A program made the position numbers and the translations under genes. A stretch of 64,000 nucleotides of DNA from an uncultured candidatus Porisulfidus sp. GTDB lineage: Bacteria; Pseudomonadota; Gammaproteobacteria; Poriferisulfidales; Poriferisulfidaceae. The stretch covers positions 1,040,586 to 1,104,585 of the forward strand of contig OZ241993.1 of the NCBI GenBank assembly GCA_965204575.1, read 5' to 3'. Shown one piece after another: positions 10,309 through 23,446 of the stretch (position 1 is its first letter; every line of letters begins with the position of its first letter). The notes below the pieces were generated by a model. It was given only the letters and a program-made list of their open reading frames with translations. It ran no database searches and was not told the origin of the DNA.

Positions 10309-11205
10309 TCAGTCGTCCTTGTCTTGCGGAGTGATGCCGGACTGCATCCGGGACATGGCGAGGTAGGTGATGTTGTCGCGCCGCGAGATGACGTCCCGGG
10401 ACTTGTCCTTTTCGATGCAGGCGTAAGCCGAGTGGTTGTGGATGGACTCGAAGTTCTCCGATTCCACCTTGTAGGCCCGGACCCGGTCGTCCTCGTTGAG
10501 CCGCAGGGCGAGGTCGCGGACCATGTCTTCCACGAATTTGGGGTTGTCGTAGGCACGCTCGGTGACGTACTTCTCGTCCGGGCGCTTGAGCAGCCCGTAC
10601 AGTTCGCAGGATGCCTCGCTCTCGGCCATCTCGATCAGGTCTTCGATCCAGACCGGCTTCGTCAGGGTCACGCTGAGCGTGATGCGGGAGCGTTGGTTGT
10701 GCGCGCCGTAGTCCGAGATGCTCTTGGAGCAGGGGCACAGGCTGGTGACCGGGATCGCGATGGAGGCGGTCAGGCGCGTGTCGCCGCGGTTGAAGCGCCC
10801 GCTCAGGCGGATCTGGTAGTCCAGGTAACTGCGCACGCCGGACACCGGGGCGGCCTTGTTTATGAAGAACGGGAAGGCCATTTCGATGAAGCCTTCCTCC
10901 GCGTCGAGCCGGATCGCCATGTCGCGCAGCAGCCCGTTGAAGTTTTCCAGCGAGACCGCTTTCTTGTGATCCTGCAGGACATGTACGAAGCGGGACATGT
11001 GCGTGCCCTTGACCTCCGGCGGCAGGTTGACCGTCATGGTCAGCCGTGCGACCGTGGATTGGGGCTTGCCGCTGCGGTCGACGAACTCGATCGGGTGCAG
11101 AATGTCCTTGATGCCGACCTGGTTGATCGGGATCGCCCGCGTGTCCGCCGAGCTTTGCTCGTCGTGTAGATGATCGCCGTGCTGGAGAGGATCGGAGTAA
11201 GCCAT
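10309..11205 (-). CDS. folE2: GTP cyclohydrolase FolE2 (type IB)
   Basis: [17 protein letters not shown] and [17 protein letters not shown] motifs typical of FolE2. 298 aa. Confidence 0.9.
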   Translation of the reverse strand: MAYSDPLQHGDHLHDEQSSADTRAIPINQVGIKDILHPIEFVDRSGKPQSTVARLTMTVNLPPEVKGTHMSRFVHVLQDHKKAVSLENFNGLLRDMAIRLDAEEGFIEMAFPFFINKAAPVSGVRSYLDYQIRLSGRFNRGDTRLTASIAIPVTSLCPCSKSISDYGAHNQRSRITLSVTLTKPVWIEDLIEMAESEASCELYGLLKRPDEKYVTERAYDNPKFVEDMVRDLALRLNEDDRVRAYKVESENFESIHNHSAYACIEKDKSRDVISRRDNITYLAMSRMQSGITPQDKDD

Positions 11206-11356
11206 CCGAATCTACGCTTCCTGTTTATCCGGTTAGCCCATATTACTCTGGAATAGGCGGTGGGGCAAATGACGGGATTCCCGACCCCCAAAGCCCTGCG
11301 GGCGGGATTCGGTGGGCGATAATAGGGGTTAACTTGGAATCTGATTCGTCGGTCTC

Positions 11357-14022
<2,666 letters not shown>

Positions 14023-14026
<4 letters not shown>

Positions 14027-15294
14027 GCCAGGAAGTCCGGGTCCCCGACATGGGGGATGTCGAGGAAGCGGAGGTGATCGAGGTCTTCGTACAGGCCGGG
14101 CAGTCGATTTCCGTAGACGAGCCGCTGATTACCCTGGAATCGGACAAGGCCGCGATGGACCTGCCGTCGCCATTCGACGGTGTGGTGGAGGCCGTACACG
14201 TCAAAGTCGGGGATATGTTGGCGGTGGATGCACTGGTCGTGACCCTGACCGACCGTCCGGATGACTCCGAACCGGAGCCGGAAGCACCCGAGGCCGAATC
14301 CGCACCGTCTTCGAAGCCGGTTGCCACGAAGCCAGCTGAACCCGTTGCCAGTCCGGCCCCGCCGCCGATTGCCCCGGAGCCTCGCCGCCTTGGCACCTTG
14401 CCCCACGCCGGGCCTGCCGTACGCCGTTTCGCGCGTGAACTCGGCGTGGATCTGGAGCAGGTCTCTGGCAGCGGCCGCAAAGGCCGGGTTACGCACGAGG
14501 ATGTCCAGCTCTACGTCAAGGCGATCCTGACGCGGCAACAAGAGCCGACGGCAGCCGTCCGTCCGTCCGGGCCGCCGGTGGACGCCGAACGATTCGGCCC
14601 GACCCGGACCGAGCCGCTGACCCGTATCCAACGGCGTTCTGGTGCCAACCTTCAGCGCAATTGGCAACTGGCCCCCCACGTGGCCCAGCACCACAAGGCG
14701 GACATCACGGAACTGGATAAACGGCGGAAGGAATTGCGCGGGCAGAAAGGGTTCGAGTCCCTGACGCTGACCGCCTGCGTGCTTCAGGCTTGCGCCCAGG
14801 TGCTGAAGCAGTTTCCCCGCGTCAATGCCTCGCTGAGCGAAGACGGGCGAGACCTGATCGTCCGCGAGTACGTTCACATCGGGTTCGCGGCGAACACCGA
14901 CGAGGGTTTGGTTGTCCCGGTGATTCGCGATGCCGACCAGAAATCGATTTCCGTCCTCTCTGGAGAGGTTGCGGCCTTGGCCGAACGCGCCCGGGACCAG
15001 CAGCTGACCGCCGAGGACATGCAGGGCGGCGGCTTCACCTTGTCCAACCTCGGCGGCATCGGGGGTGGGCATTTCACCCCTGTCATCAACCTGCCCCAGG
15101 TGGCGGTGCTGGGCATCTCGCGCGCGGTGCGCGAGCCCGCCTGTATTGAAGACAAGGTCGGGTCCCGGCTGATGATGCCGCTGTCGCTGTCCTACGACCA
15201 CCGCGTCATCGACGGCGTAGAAGGAGCCCGGTTCGTGATGGCTCTGGCCGCATTGCTGGAGAATCCCGACGAGTTGGACTGGGGAGAGGGGTAA
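14023..15294 (+). CDS. aceF: Dihydrolipoamide acetyltransferase E2 (single lipoyl domain)
   Basis: ATGA overlap with aceE. Lipoyl motif LESDKAAMD, an Ala/Pro linker, a subunit-binding domain and the catalytic DHRVIDG. Confidence 0.95.
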
Positions 15295-15297
15295 TCC

Positions 15298-16707
15298 GTG
15301 AAGACGATTGACCTAGTGGTGATTGGCGGTGGCCCCGGTGGCTACAGCGCCGCGTTCCGCGCGGCGGACCTGGGCATGAAGGTGATGCTGGTGGAACGTT
15401 TCCCGCGGCTCGGTGGCGTATGCCTGAACGTCGGTTGCATCCCGTCCAAGACTTTGCTGCACGCGGCCGGCCTGATCGAGGATGCGGCCGAATGGCGGGA
15501 CCGGGGGGTGGTGTTCGACCCGCCGCGGATCGACCTGGATGCGTTGCGTGCCTGGAAGGAGAAGGGCGTATCGCAACTGGCCGACGGCCTCGGTGCGCTT
15601 GCCAAGCGGCGCGAGGTCGAGGTGGTGACTGGCCGAGGGAAGTTCATTTCCGCGCATACGTTGGCGGTCGAGACTGACGAAGGAACCGAAGAAGCCCGCT
15701 TTTCGCAAGCGATCATCGCCACGGGATCACGGCCGATCAAGCTTGGGTTGTTTCCAGATGATCCCCGGGTCTTGGACTCCACGTCCGCATTGGACTTGAC
15801 GGAGATCCCGGAGCGGCTGCTGGTGGTGGGGGGCGGTGTCCTGGGTCTGGAACTTGCCACGGTGTTCCGCGCCCTGGGGTCGCAGGTGACCGTGGTGGAA
15901 GCGCTGGAACAGATAATGGGCGAGGCCGACAAGGACGTGGTGCGGGCGTATCTCAAGCGCAACAAGGAACGGTTTGCTGCGCTGCATACGGGGACCCAGG
16001 TGGAGAAAGCCGAAGCAAAGGATGATGGTATTTCGGTACAACTCAAGAATGCGGACCGCCAGTGGGAAGAGTCGTTCAATGCGGTGCTGGTCGCGGTGGG
16101 ACGAGCGGCGAACAGCGAAGACTTGGGTCTGGAGAGCGCCGGGGTCGCGGTTGGGGAATCCGGCACGATTCCGGTCAACCACCAGCAGCGGACCAACATC
16201 CCCCACATCTTCGCCATCGGCGACGTGACGGGCGCGCCGATGCTGGCGCATCGGGCCTCCTACCAGGGCCGGTTGGCGGCGGAAGTCGCGGCCGGCATGA
16301 AATCCGCCTACGAGGCGAGGGTGGTTCCCTCGGTGGCCTACACCGACCCGGAAGTCGCCTGGGTGGGACTGACCGAACGCGAGGCCAAGGCTCAGGGCAT
16401 TGCTTATGAGCGCGGCATCTTCCCGTGGGCGGCAAGCGGACGGGCAGTCGGAACTTCGCGCGTCGAGGGCATGACCAAGCTGCTATTCGATTCGGAGACG
16501 AAACGCCTCATCGGGGCGGCCGTGGTGGGCGTGCATGCCGGGGAGTTGATCGCGGAGGCGGCCCTGGCGATCGAGACCGGTTGCGAAGCGGGAGACATTG
16601 CCGGGACGATCCATCCGCATCCGACATTCTCGGAGACTCTGGCCCAGGCCAGCGAGGTGGCCGAAGGGACGGTAACGGAGTTATTTCTGGGGCGTGGCAG
16701 GAATTGA
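15298..16707 (+). CDS. lpdA: Dihydrolipoyl dehydrogenase E3
   Basis: GGGPGGY FAD motif, redox-active GGVCLNVGCIPSK and C-terminal HPHPTFSE. GTG start. Confidence 0.95.
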   Translation: MKTIDLVVIGGGPGGYSAAFRAADLGMKVMLVERFPRLGGVCLNVGCIPSKTLLHAAGLIEDAAEWRDRGVVFDPPRIDLDALRAWKEKGVSQLADGLGALAKRREVEVVTGRGKFISAHTLAVETDEGTEEARFSQAIIATGSRPIKLGLFPDDPRVLDSTSALDLTEIPERLLVVGGGVLGLELATVFRALGSQVTVVEALEQIMGEADKDVVRAYLKRNKERFAALHTGTQVEKAEAKDDGISVQLKNADRQWEESFNAVLVAVGRAANSEDLGLESAGVAVGESGTIPVNHQQRTNIPHIFAIGDVTGAPMLAHRASYQGRLAAEVAAGMKSAYEARVVPSVAYTDPEVAWVGLTEREAKAQGIAYERGIFPWAASGRAVGTSRVEGMTKLLFDSETKRLIGAAVVGVHAGELIAEAALAIETGCEAGDIAGTIHPHPTFSETLAQASEVAEGTVTELFLGRGRN

Positions 16708-16718
16708 GTCCATCATAA

Positions 16719-16743
16719 GTTGAGGCAAGGGAGGTGCCTCAAC
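16719..16743 (+). terminator. Hairpin downstream of lpdA (possible terminator)
   Basis: 9-bp stem gttgaggca/tgcctcaac with a 7-nt loop, 12 nt after the lpdA stop. There is no clean U tract. Confidence 0.35.
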
Positions 16744-16817
16744 AGCCAAAATTTTAAGCTTGATTGTGTTCTCGGATTCTTGTGTAAAGGACGCTAGATG
16801 TAACGCGCAAGTCGTTT

Positions 16818-19721
16818 ATGAATAATCCAAAAGTTGAATCTTGCCCTACATATAAGCGAACCGGGTTTGCTTCATTCCTGTTTGCGGTCATTTGCCCAAA
16901 AGATGCCAAAGCCGCTCTTTTGAGCCCGAACGTCTTGAGGTTGGCGTTCACGGTACGACTCAAGGAAATCCCCATCGGGAAAATCGAAGCGAGTGAAGTA
17001 AAAACCTTGTGGCGATGGGGAAGCGTTCGGATTCGACATGCTTCCGGGAAAGCGGCTGTTTCGGGATTGTCGCGACACAATGCCGAGGAACTAGCAAAAA
17101 CACTAGAAGCTTCCAGAGTCGATTGGTGGCATAAGCTTTTCGCGACGCAGATCGAATCTCTGCGCTCCGTTCACGACCATTTGGCGCACTTCAGCAACCC
17201 GCCAAGGTATATCTCTCATGGTGCCGGCTGTAACCTTGAGCGCGATGCGGAGGCAGTGGCTGGCCGATTTGCTTCCCGGTGGCCGGATGCGTTGTCCAGC
17301 AGCCCGGAAATTAAGATGCTGAAAATGGTCCGGGAGTATTTGAAGGATCCTGATGGTTGCCGCATAAAGGCAAACAAAATCTATATTGCAAATCAACTGA
17401 ATGGTTCGCGCGAATTTTTCGATCAAGTGGAGGCGCGGCCGCTAACCGATGAACAACGTAGAGCGGTTGTCATCGACGAAAACCGCAATCTGGTTGTCGC
17501 TGCGGCAGGAAGTGGAAAGACCTCGGTGATTGTGGGCAAGGCCGGCTGGCTTGTCTGGAGGGACTATCGGCGCCCGTCTGAATTGTTGCTGCTGGCTTTT
17601 GCGAGAGATGCGCGGAAAGAGATGGAAGAGCGGATCCAAAAGCGGCTTGGCGATAAAACAGCGCAAAGTCTTACAGTTCGAACCTTTCATAGTTTGGGTA
17701 TGTCGATTATTGGTCAAGCAGAAGGCCAACTCCCAACGTTGGCCAAAGTGGCTGAAGACAGCAGGGCGTTGTCCGATCTGCTGAAATCCATCATTGATAA
17801 CTTGCTCACGGAACACGCATTCACAAAAATTTTGCTGAAATGGTTCCAAACTTACTTCGCACCCTACAAAAGCGAACATGAATGCCAAAGTATGGGCGAG
17901 TATTGGGACTATGTCCGCAAGCATGACATCCGGTCACTGAAAGGTGAGAAGGTCAAGAGTTACCAAGAATGCGAGATTGCGAATTTTCTCTACCTCAATG
18001 GTGTTTCCTACGAGTACGAAGCAATTTATGAACACAAGACCGCGACACTGGACAGGCGGCAATATCAACCCGATTTTTATCTCCCGGAAGCAGGAGTCTA
18101 CATTGAGCATTTCGGGCTCAATGCATCGGGAGATCCTGCTCCGTTCGTCGATAAGACAGAATACCTCCGGTCCATGAAGTGGAAGCGGCAATGTCACGAC
18201 AGATTCGGCACTATTCTCGTTGAGACATTCAGCCACGAGCATGATGCGGGGAAATTAACCGAGAACTTGGCTGAGAAATTAGCGGCTCACGGCGTGACCT
18301 TTTCTCCAATTCCTTCTGCAGACATCTTCTCTATTTTGAATGAACAGGGTCGGGTTGATCCGTTCACACATTTTGTGGCGACTTTTCTACAACACTACAA
18401 AGGGGCTCGATTGTCATTTCAGGAGGTAGCTCGACGGGCTACGGGTGTCAGGGACAGGCTGAGGGCAGAAGCGTTTCTAGCCGTTTTCAAGCCGATTTTC
18501 CAGCGCTACCAAGATACCCTTTCCCAGCAAGGACAGATAGATTTTCATGACATGATCAATCAAGCAACGGAGCATGTAGAGACGGGACGCTACCGTAGCC
18601 CTTTCGGCTATATCCTCGTCGATGAGTTTCAAGACATCTCCCCTGGGAGAGCTAGATTGCTGAAGGCATTGCTCGATCAGTCTCCGACGACCCAGTTGTT
18701 TGCCGTTGGCGATGACTGGCAATCAATATACCGGTTCGGTGGATCAGACATTGCCGTTATGCGCGAGTTCGAAGATCATTTCGGGCACAGTGAGCGTATT
18801 GATTTGGAAACAACTTTTCGCTGTGCCGATCGAATCTCTAAAGTTGCGACTGACTTCATTCTTCGCAATCCTGCACAGATACACAAGGAGACCCATTCAG
18901 TACTCCAAGCAGCCGGGACCAGTGTGTATATCGGCCTTCCTGAGAAAGAGCGCTCTCTGCTCAGAGAAACGCTTGATGAGATTGCCGCTGACGCGGCTCG
19001 TCATGACGGAGGATCGACTGTTCTGTTGTTGGGTCGCTACCGGCATATGCAGCCGGAAAATATGTCTGAGTTAGGCGGACAATACTCTGGGTTGCAACTC
19101 TCCTACATGACCGTGCATCGTTCAAAAGGACTGGAGGCCGACTATGTCGTGGTGCTCGGTCTGTGTTCCGGAAAATACGGGTTTCCGTCCGAGATCAGTG
19201 ATGACCCACTTCTCGACTTAGTTCTTGCTGAGCCGGAAAAGCACCCGAATGCTGAGGAGCGCCGCTTATTCTATGTCGCTGTCACACGTGCCAGACGACG
19301 TGTCTATCTGCTCGCAGATGATGGTCCGCCTTCTTCCTTTGTCCAAGAGTTGATTGATGGGGAATACGATGTTGCCGTTTTCGGACGAGCACCAGAAAAT
19401 GACGTTTCTTGCCCGAGGTGCACCGAGGGGCGCTTGGAACGACGCGAAAATGCTCGGAATGGAAAAATTTTTTACGGCTGCTCGAATTGGCCTTATTGCA
19501 AGTATCGACAGCCCGTTTGTCCCAAGTGCAAAACAGGGTTGTTGGTCAAAAAAGACACTGCTTTTCGCTGCGAGGACTGTGGCCAAGATGTAGAGGGCTG
19601 TCCCAGATGTGATGGCTGGCTGATAAAAAGAGTCAGCCAGTATGGCCCTTTCTTTGGCTGTTCGAATTGGCCTTTCTGTGATTACACCCGAAACATTAAG
19701 CAACGACAGTCACGGCACTAG
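16818..19721 (+). CDS. UvrD/Rep/HelD-type SF1 helicase with three C-terminal topoisomerase-type Zn ribbons
   Basis: Walker A AAAGSGKTS, ILVDEFQDISPGR, FAVGDDWQSIYRFGG, TVHRSKGLEADYV and YVAVTRARRRVYL. C-terminal CPRC...GCSNWPYC, CPKC...CEDC and CPRC...GCSNWPFC. An inserted segment YQPDFYLPEAGVYIEHFG may be nuclease-like. Confidence 0.85.
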   Translation: MNNPKVESCPTYKRTGFASFLFAVICPKDAKAALLSPNVLRLAFTVRLKEIPIGKIEASEVKTLWRWGSVRIRHASGKAAVSGLSRHNAEELAKTLEASRVDWWHKLFATQIESLRSVHDHLAHFSNPPRYISHGAGCNLERDAEAVAGRFASRWPDALSSSPEIKMLKMVREYLKDPDGCRIKANKIYIANQLNGSREFFDQVEARPLTDEQRRAVVIDENRNLVVAAAGSGKTSVIVGKAGWLVWRDYRRPSELLLLAFARDARKEMEERIQKRLGDKTAQSLTVRTFHSLGMSIIGQAEGQLPTLAKVAEDSRALSDLLKSIIDNLLTEHAFTKILLKWFQTYFAPYKSEHECQSMGEYWDYVRKHDIRSLKGEKVKSYQECEIANFLYLNGVSYEYEAIYEHKTATLDRRQYQPDFYLPEAGVYIEHFGLNASGDPAPFVDKTEYLRSMKWKRQCHDRFGTILVETFSHEHDAGKLTENLAEKLAAHGVTFSPIPSADIFSILNEQGRVDPFTHFVATFLQHYKGARLSFQEVARRATGVRDRLRAEAFLAVFKPIFQRYQDTLSQQGQIDFHDMINQATEHVETGRYRSPFGYILVDEFQDISPGRARLLKALLDQSPTTQLFAVGDDWQSIYRFGGSDIAVMREFEDHFGHSERIDLETTFRCADRISKVATDFILRNPAQIHKETHSVLQAAGTSVYIGLPEKERSLLRETLDEIAADAARHDGGSTVLLLGRYRHMQPENMSELGGQYSGLQLSYMTVHRSKGLEADYVVVLGLCSGKYGFPSEISDDPLLDLVLAEPEKHPNAEERRLFYVAVTRARRRVYLLADDGPPSSFVQELIDGEYDVAVFGRAPENDVSCPRCTEGRLERRENARNGKIFYGCSNWPYCKYRQPVCPKCKTGLLVKKDTAFRCEDCGQDVEGCPRCDGWLIKRVSQYGPFFGCSNWPFCDYTRNIKQRQSRH

Positions 19722-19732
19722 GCCGCCGCAGC

Positions 19733-20170
19733 TTAAAGGTTGTTCGATAGCGAAGACCACGGATTGACGAGCGCCACATCCATCCCTCTAAAATCTTTAG
19801 TGTTGCGCGTGACGAGAGTTAATCCGTGTCGCTTTGCTACAGCGGCAATCTGCGCGTCAGCCATTGGCTTTTGGCGGCCTGTGTTGTCTCCATCTCCCAT
19901 GATTCTTCCCCAGAGGATTGCGGCATCTTGGTCGAAAGGAAGAATTCGGTCTTGAAATTGAGAGACCAAGTCATCTTCAACCCAGCGCATGAGGAGGTCT
20001 CTTTTTGCTGGCTCTTTCACACGGCTTGCGCCTCGCGCCAACTCACCAAGACTGATTGAGGAGAGGAATAGGTTTTCGGGATTCTGTTCTGCAAACCAAG
20101 CTGTCACTTTAGGCTCAGGCCGAGGCTTGAGCGTTTCGCTGAGCACATTGGTGTCGATCAGGTAGGGCAT
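19733..20170 (-). CDS. vapC: PIN-domain toxin VapC/FitB
   Basis: MPYLIDTNVLSE...VTRNTKDF. 145 aa. Confidence 0.9.
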   Translation of the reverse strand: MPYLIDTNVLSETLKPRPEPKVTAWFAEQNPENLFLSSISLGELARGASRVKEPAKRDLLMRWVEDDLVSQFQDRILPFDQDAAILWGRIMGDGDNTGRQKPMADAQIAAVAKRHGLTLVTRNTKDFRGMDVALVNPWSSLSNNL

Positions 20171-20490
20171 TATTCGAGATCAATCTGGCGGCCTGTGGAA
20201 CGGTCACGCTCAATCACGATGTCTTCGCCCACAAATGGGGATGAGCGAAAGAAATCGACCAATTCCACACCAGTTCGTGCCGATCTTACGGGTGTCATAG
20301 ACGTGATGGCCTTACGTACTTTTTTGGCGTTTTTCCCTCCCTCCCGGAGGATGCTGGCAACAGCCTTGATGGCCCATGCGTCGCGCGTAGGTACGGTGAC
20401 TTCAATGCGTCGCGCCCCTTGGGCGGTTGCTTTGGCGCGATGTCGGGCGACCCGCACCTTCGATTTTGTACTTGTCGATCGCTTGGGCAT
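20170..20490 (-). CDS. VapB/FitA-like antitoxin
   Basis: Abuts vapC. The C-terminal ELVDFFRSSPFVGEDIVIERDRSTGRQIDL resembles the toxin-binding tail of FitA/VapB antitoxins. Basic N-terminus. Confidence 0.7.
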   Translation of the reverse strand: MPKRSTSTKSKVRVARHRAKATAQGARRIEVTVPTRDAWAIKAVASILREGGKNAKKVRKAITSMTPVRSARTGVELVDFFRSSPFVGEDIVIERDRSTGRQIDLE

Positions 20491-20491
20491 G

Positions 20492-20523
20492 TATATAATC
20501 CGGTAACGTTACCGGATTATATA
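20492..20523. promoter_or_regulatory. Perfect 32-bp palindrome, likely an operator of the vapBC promoter
   Basis: tatataatccggtaac|gttaccggattatata starts 2 nt upstream of the antitoxin start codon. Confidence 0.6.
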
Positions 20524-20596
20524 CTATAATAACCTGGATGCGAATAGAACGCTGTCATCTCGGATTTTCATAAATGATAAATGAGGTTCATTCGAT

Positions 20597-20947
20597 ATGA
20601 ATATTCAAGACTACGTTGAAGAGGGAATCTTCTCTCCGAAATTGATTTCGGATGTGCTTTTCACGACCCAGTCCGATATTGCAAACACCTTGGGTCTCAC
20701 TCGGAGTGCTTTTTCCCACGCCGAGAGGCGACGGGCAGAGAAAACACAAACCCGATTGCAGGAAATGCTGGAGATTCTCGATCGCGTCGAGCAGTTCACT
20801 GGCTCACCGCTTGCATCTTACGCATGGTTTCGTTCGGAACCAATCACCGGGTTCGGGGGGCATACCGCCAGCAGGCTGGTACGCGAAGGACACGCTGATT
20901 ACGTGCATGAGTATCTTGACCGCAAACAGGCTGGCAGAGATGCCTGA
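20597..20947 (+). CDS. Xre/ParS/MbcA-type antitoxin (DUF2384 C-terminal domain), RES toxin missing
   Basis: LASYAWFRSEPITGFGGHTASRLVREGHADYVHEYL is the DUF2384 toxin-binding signature. Only a 16-codon ORF follows where the RES toxin is expected. Confidence 0.75.
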   Translation: MNIQDYVEEGIFSPKLISDVLFTTQSDIANTLGLTRSAFSHAERRRAEKTQTRLQEMLEILDRVEQFTGSPLASYAWFRSEPITGFGGHTASRLVREGHADYVHEYLDRKQAGRDA

Positions 20948-21005
20948 TCAAGTTGTTTGCCCATACGCTATACTTTTCGCGCCTTTTTAGCTACGCAATT
21001 GTTCA

Positions 21006-21074
21006 GTGCCTGCCGTCACCCTTTCTGACGGCTCGACCCGCGAGTTTGCACAGCCGGTCACGGTGATGCAGAGG
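21006..21074 (+). pseudogene. Orphan duplicate of the thrS 5' end
   Basis: Would encode VPAVTLSDGSTREFAQPVTVMQR, against [23 protein letters not shown] at the real thrS start (29588). I counted 59 of 68 nt identical over 21004-21071 versus 29586-29653. Confidence 0.75.
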
Positions 21075-21137
21075 TTGGGAAGGCAATCTCGACAAATTCC
21101 GGCAAGGCCGCCCGGCGTGATCTAATTGATTGGGGGC

Positions 21138-22361
21138 CTATGCTGGGCATTCAAACGCTGTCGCATAGGCCGCGAGATCTGCCGCACTCATGTCGAGTTG
21201 TCGTGCGATTTCTTTCCAGCCGGCAACCGCAGTGGCAACTTCGTCGATGATGGCTTCGGCTCGGTGCGCGCTCAATGCGAAGTAGGGTGCAGCGGTGCGG
21301 GCGAGATCCAGATTAGCCTCTGGGCCTTCTTCCGAGATCCAGGTCGTCAATTCTCGCGCTTTCTCGGCCAGGGGCACCGGGTTCAGGTCATAGGCCGGTG
21401 AAAGACGCCATTGGTTGTCATGGTCGTACAGGAACCCGTGATTGCGGAGGTGGTCGTCCAGGTTGCCTGCCATCACATTGAATACGACCCGTCGCCACAG
21501 TTCGTGCAGGTCTTCCGTCGGGGCGCTTGAGTGCATCCTGATGGCTTCCGCGATATCCGTGTACGCCGCTTCGTCGCCATCCTCGAGCCCCAGGAGGGTC
21601 ATCGCCGAGATGAACGGGATCCGCCGCTCGCCATCCCGGTCGAATCGTGTCATCAGGGATACCGGTCGGCCCGCCACGTCCAACAGTGTGGCTTCTGCAG
21701 TGTTGATGCCGGCGGCGGCGGCCAATGTCATGGCCAGCACCTCGCCATGGGGAATACTTCGGTCGTCATCCTGTGTCGGAAACTTGGCGATGGCGAGGCG
21801 GCCGTCATCATCTATGACGGCGGATTTTGGCCGGGCGCCGCCGAGAGGGGAACCTTCGTTCAGAAGGATCTTCAGGTCTTCGGCAGTTTCGGTGCCTGAT
21901 CCTACGGCATCGGCAGCATTGATCAGTTCCGGCAGCCGAATCAAGGGAGGCACGCGGCGGGGGCGGGTGCCGGGTTCGAGACCTTCTTCGCCTTTTCGGC
22001 GGAACTGGAGTGCGCCGATTCTCGTTCGGTCGTCAATGGAGAGAAGGTAATCCACCTCGGACAAGGTGCGCTTTTCGCCGGTTTTGCGAAAAGCCCGCCT
22101 GGCCAGTTGCCGACCCCATCGGTCCGGTGCGGCATCGCGCAATGCACCGGGCAGTGCTGACTTGCTCGACGAGGTATAAAACGGTTGCTGTCCGAGCGGC
22201 AGGTTCGCGGGGTCGAGCGCAAAGGCCTGAGGACGATTGAGCCATTCATGGGCGTATTCGAAAACCGAGCTTGGGCCACGCCGCTTGGCAAGGTAATGGA
22301 ACCGTCCGACAAGACAGGCCACTCCATTGTCGTCGATGAAGACTTCAAGGGTGTCGGTCAT
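21138..22361 (-). CDS. hipA: HipA-family Ser/Thr kinase toxin
   Basis: 407 aa. N-terminal coupling domain, LPGALRDAAPDRWG, and the kinase core DDHLRNHGFL (catalytic D.H.RN). Confidence 0.9.
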   Translation of the reverse strand: MTDTLEVFIDDNGVACLVGRFHYLAKRRGPSSVFEYAHEWLNRPQAFALDPANLPLGQQPFYTSSSKSALPGALRDAAPDRWGRQLARRAFRKTGEKRTLSEVDYLLSIDDRTRIGALQFRRKGEEGLEPGTRPRRVPPLIRLPELINAADAVGSGTETAEDLKILLNEGSPLGGARPKSAVIDDDGRLAIAKFPTQDDDRSIPHGEVLAMTLAAAAGINTAEATLLDVAGRPVSLMTRFDRDGERRIPFISAMTLLGLEDGDEAAYTDIAEAIRMHSSAPTEDLHELWRRVVFNVMAGNLDDHLRNHGFLYDHDNQWRLSPAYDLNPVPLAEKARELTTWISEEGPEANLDLARTAAPYFALSAHRAEAIIDEVATAVAGWKEIARQLDMSAADLAAYATAFECPA

Positions 22362-22693
22362 GATGGTGCCCGGGTTTGCTTGCGGGGCCGTATTTTCTTG
22401 GGCAGCCGGTGTTCTTCAAGGTCCAGTCCGAGGGAATCGTCGCGTCGGTCAGCCACTTGGCCGAGACCTTCGGCAAGCCCGAGGATCGCCAACACGGTCG
22501 CATAGGCCCCCATCGAGACCGAAGGGTCGCCGCGCTCCACCTTGTGGAGGGTGGCACGGCTAATGAATGCCCGTTCCGCCATCGAGACCGTGGAGATGCG
22601 GCGCTTCTTCCGCGCCACCACGATGTCCTCGCCGAGCTTGGCGAGGGCACGCTTCGCCGCACCAGGCAGTGCACGTGTCGCTAAGGTCTTCAT
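22358..22693 (-). CDS. XRE HTH antitoxin (HipB-like)
   Basis: 4-nt overlap with hipA. RRISTVSMAERAFISRATLHKVERGDPSVSMGAYATVLAILGL. Confidence 0.8.
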   Translation of the reverse strand: MKTLATRALPGAAKRALAKLGEDIVVARKKRRISTVSMAERAFISRATLHKVERGDPSVSMGAYATVLAILGLAEGLGQVADRRDDSLGLDLEEHRLPKKIRPRKQTRAPS

Positions 22694-23405
22694 ATTGTCT
22701 TATATTATAATCAAAAAACAATTGAATGTTTATTTAATTATACAATATGATACATGCCTTCCTGTTGTGAAGTGCTTCAGGTTACGCCCATTGCGGGCAG
22801 CTTTCCAGAAGGATAGAGACTCTCCGCATGAAGAACGAGCCTGTCCTGCTTCATTCGGACCGGGGCTTTGACCCAATCAGGAGCACCCTGGCCTGAGGGT
22901 CCTGAAGTCGCCGTCGGGAGGTCTCGGCCTGCCTTTTGCCGATGGGAAAGGATCCGTATTCCGTGCCTTGGCTTGTTGATTCTTCGACAGATGGAATCTC
23001 TTCATAATCATTTCAAAAATAGTGAAATGATATATTGATAAATTGAATAATCCGTTGTATATCATTCATATAATAATTTCAAATATCCTAATTATTGTTT
23101 CATGCCAATCACCGACTCGGCCGTGAGTTTCACGGACTGCATGAGGGCAACGTGATACGCTACCGGTTGAGGCTTGAGGATCTTGCCGGGCTCGGAGAGG
23201 ATTCATGATGAAACGTCTACGGACTCTTGCGAAGAAGATTTTCGGCATCGTGGACATTCGACGCTTCGGAGAGTTTGCGAGAAGCGGCCGCGCCTGCTCA
23301 GGCCGTTAGCACTCCCGGTCGTTCGGGTCCGGATCAGTAAGAGACTGCCTTTTACTCAGACAACTCGCGGGTCGAGGGGCGATCGTGCAACTAAGGGATG
23401 AGACT

Positions 23406-23436
23406 GATGTGTATAATATCTGTAATTATACACATC
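23406..23436. promoter_or_regulatory. Inverted repeat upstream of vapB (candidate operator)
   Basis: 12-bp arms gatgtgtataat / attatacacatc with a 7-nt spacer, ending 10 nt before the vapB ATG. Confidence 0.4.
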
Positions 23437-23446
23437 TGGAGTTGTC

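Noticed and set aside
11206-11356. A Zur box upstream of folE2, since FolE2 is often zinc-regulated
   Set aside because: I found no AT-rich palindrome resembling the Zur consensus in the folE2-aceE intergenic region.
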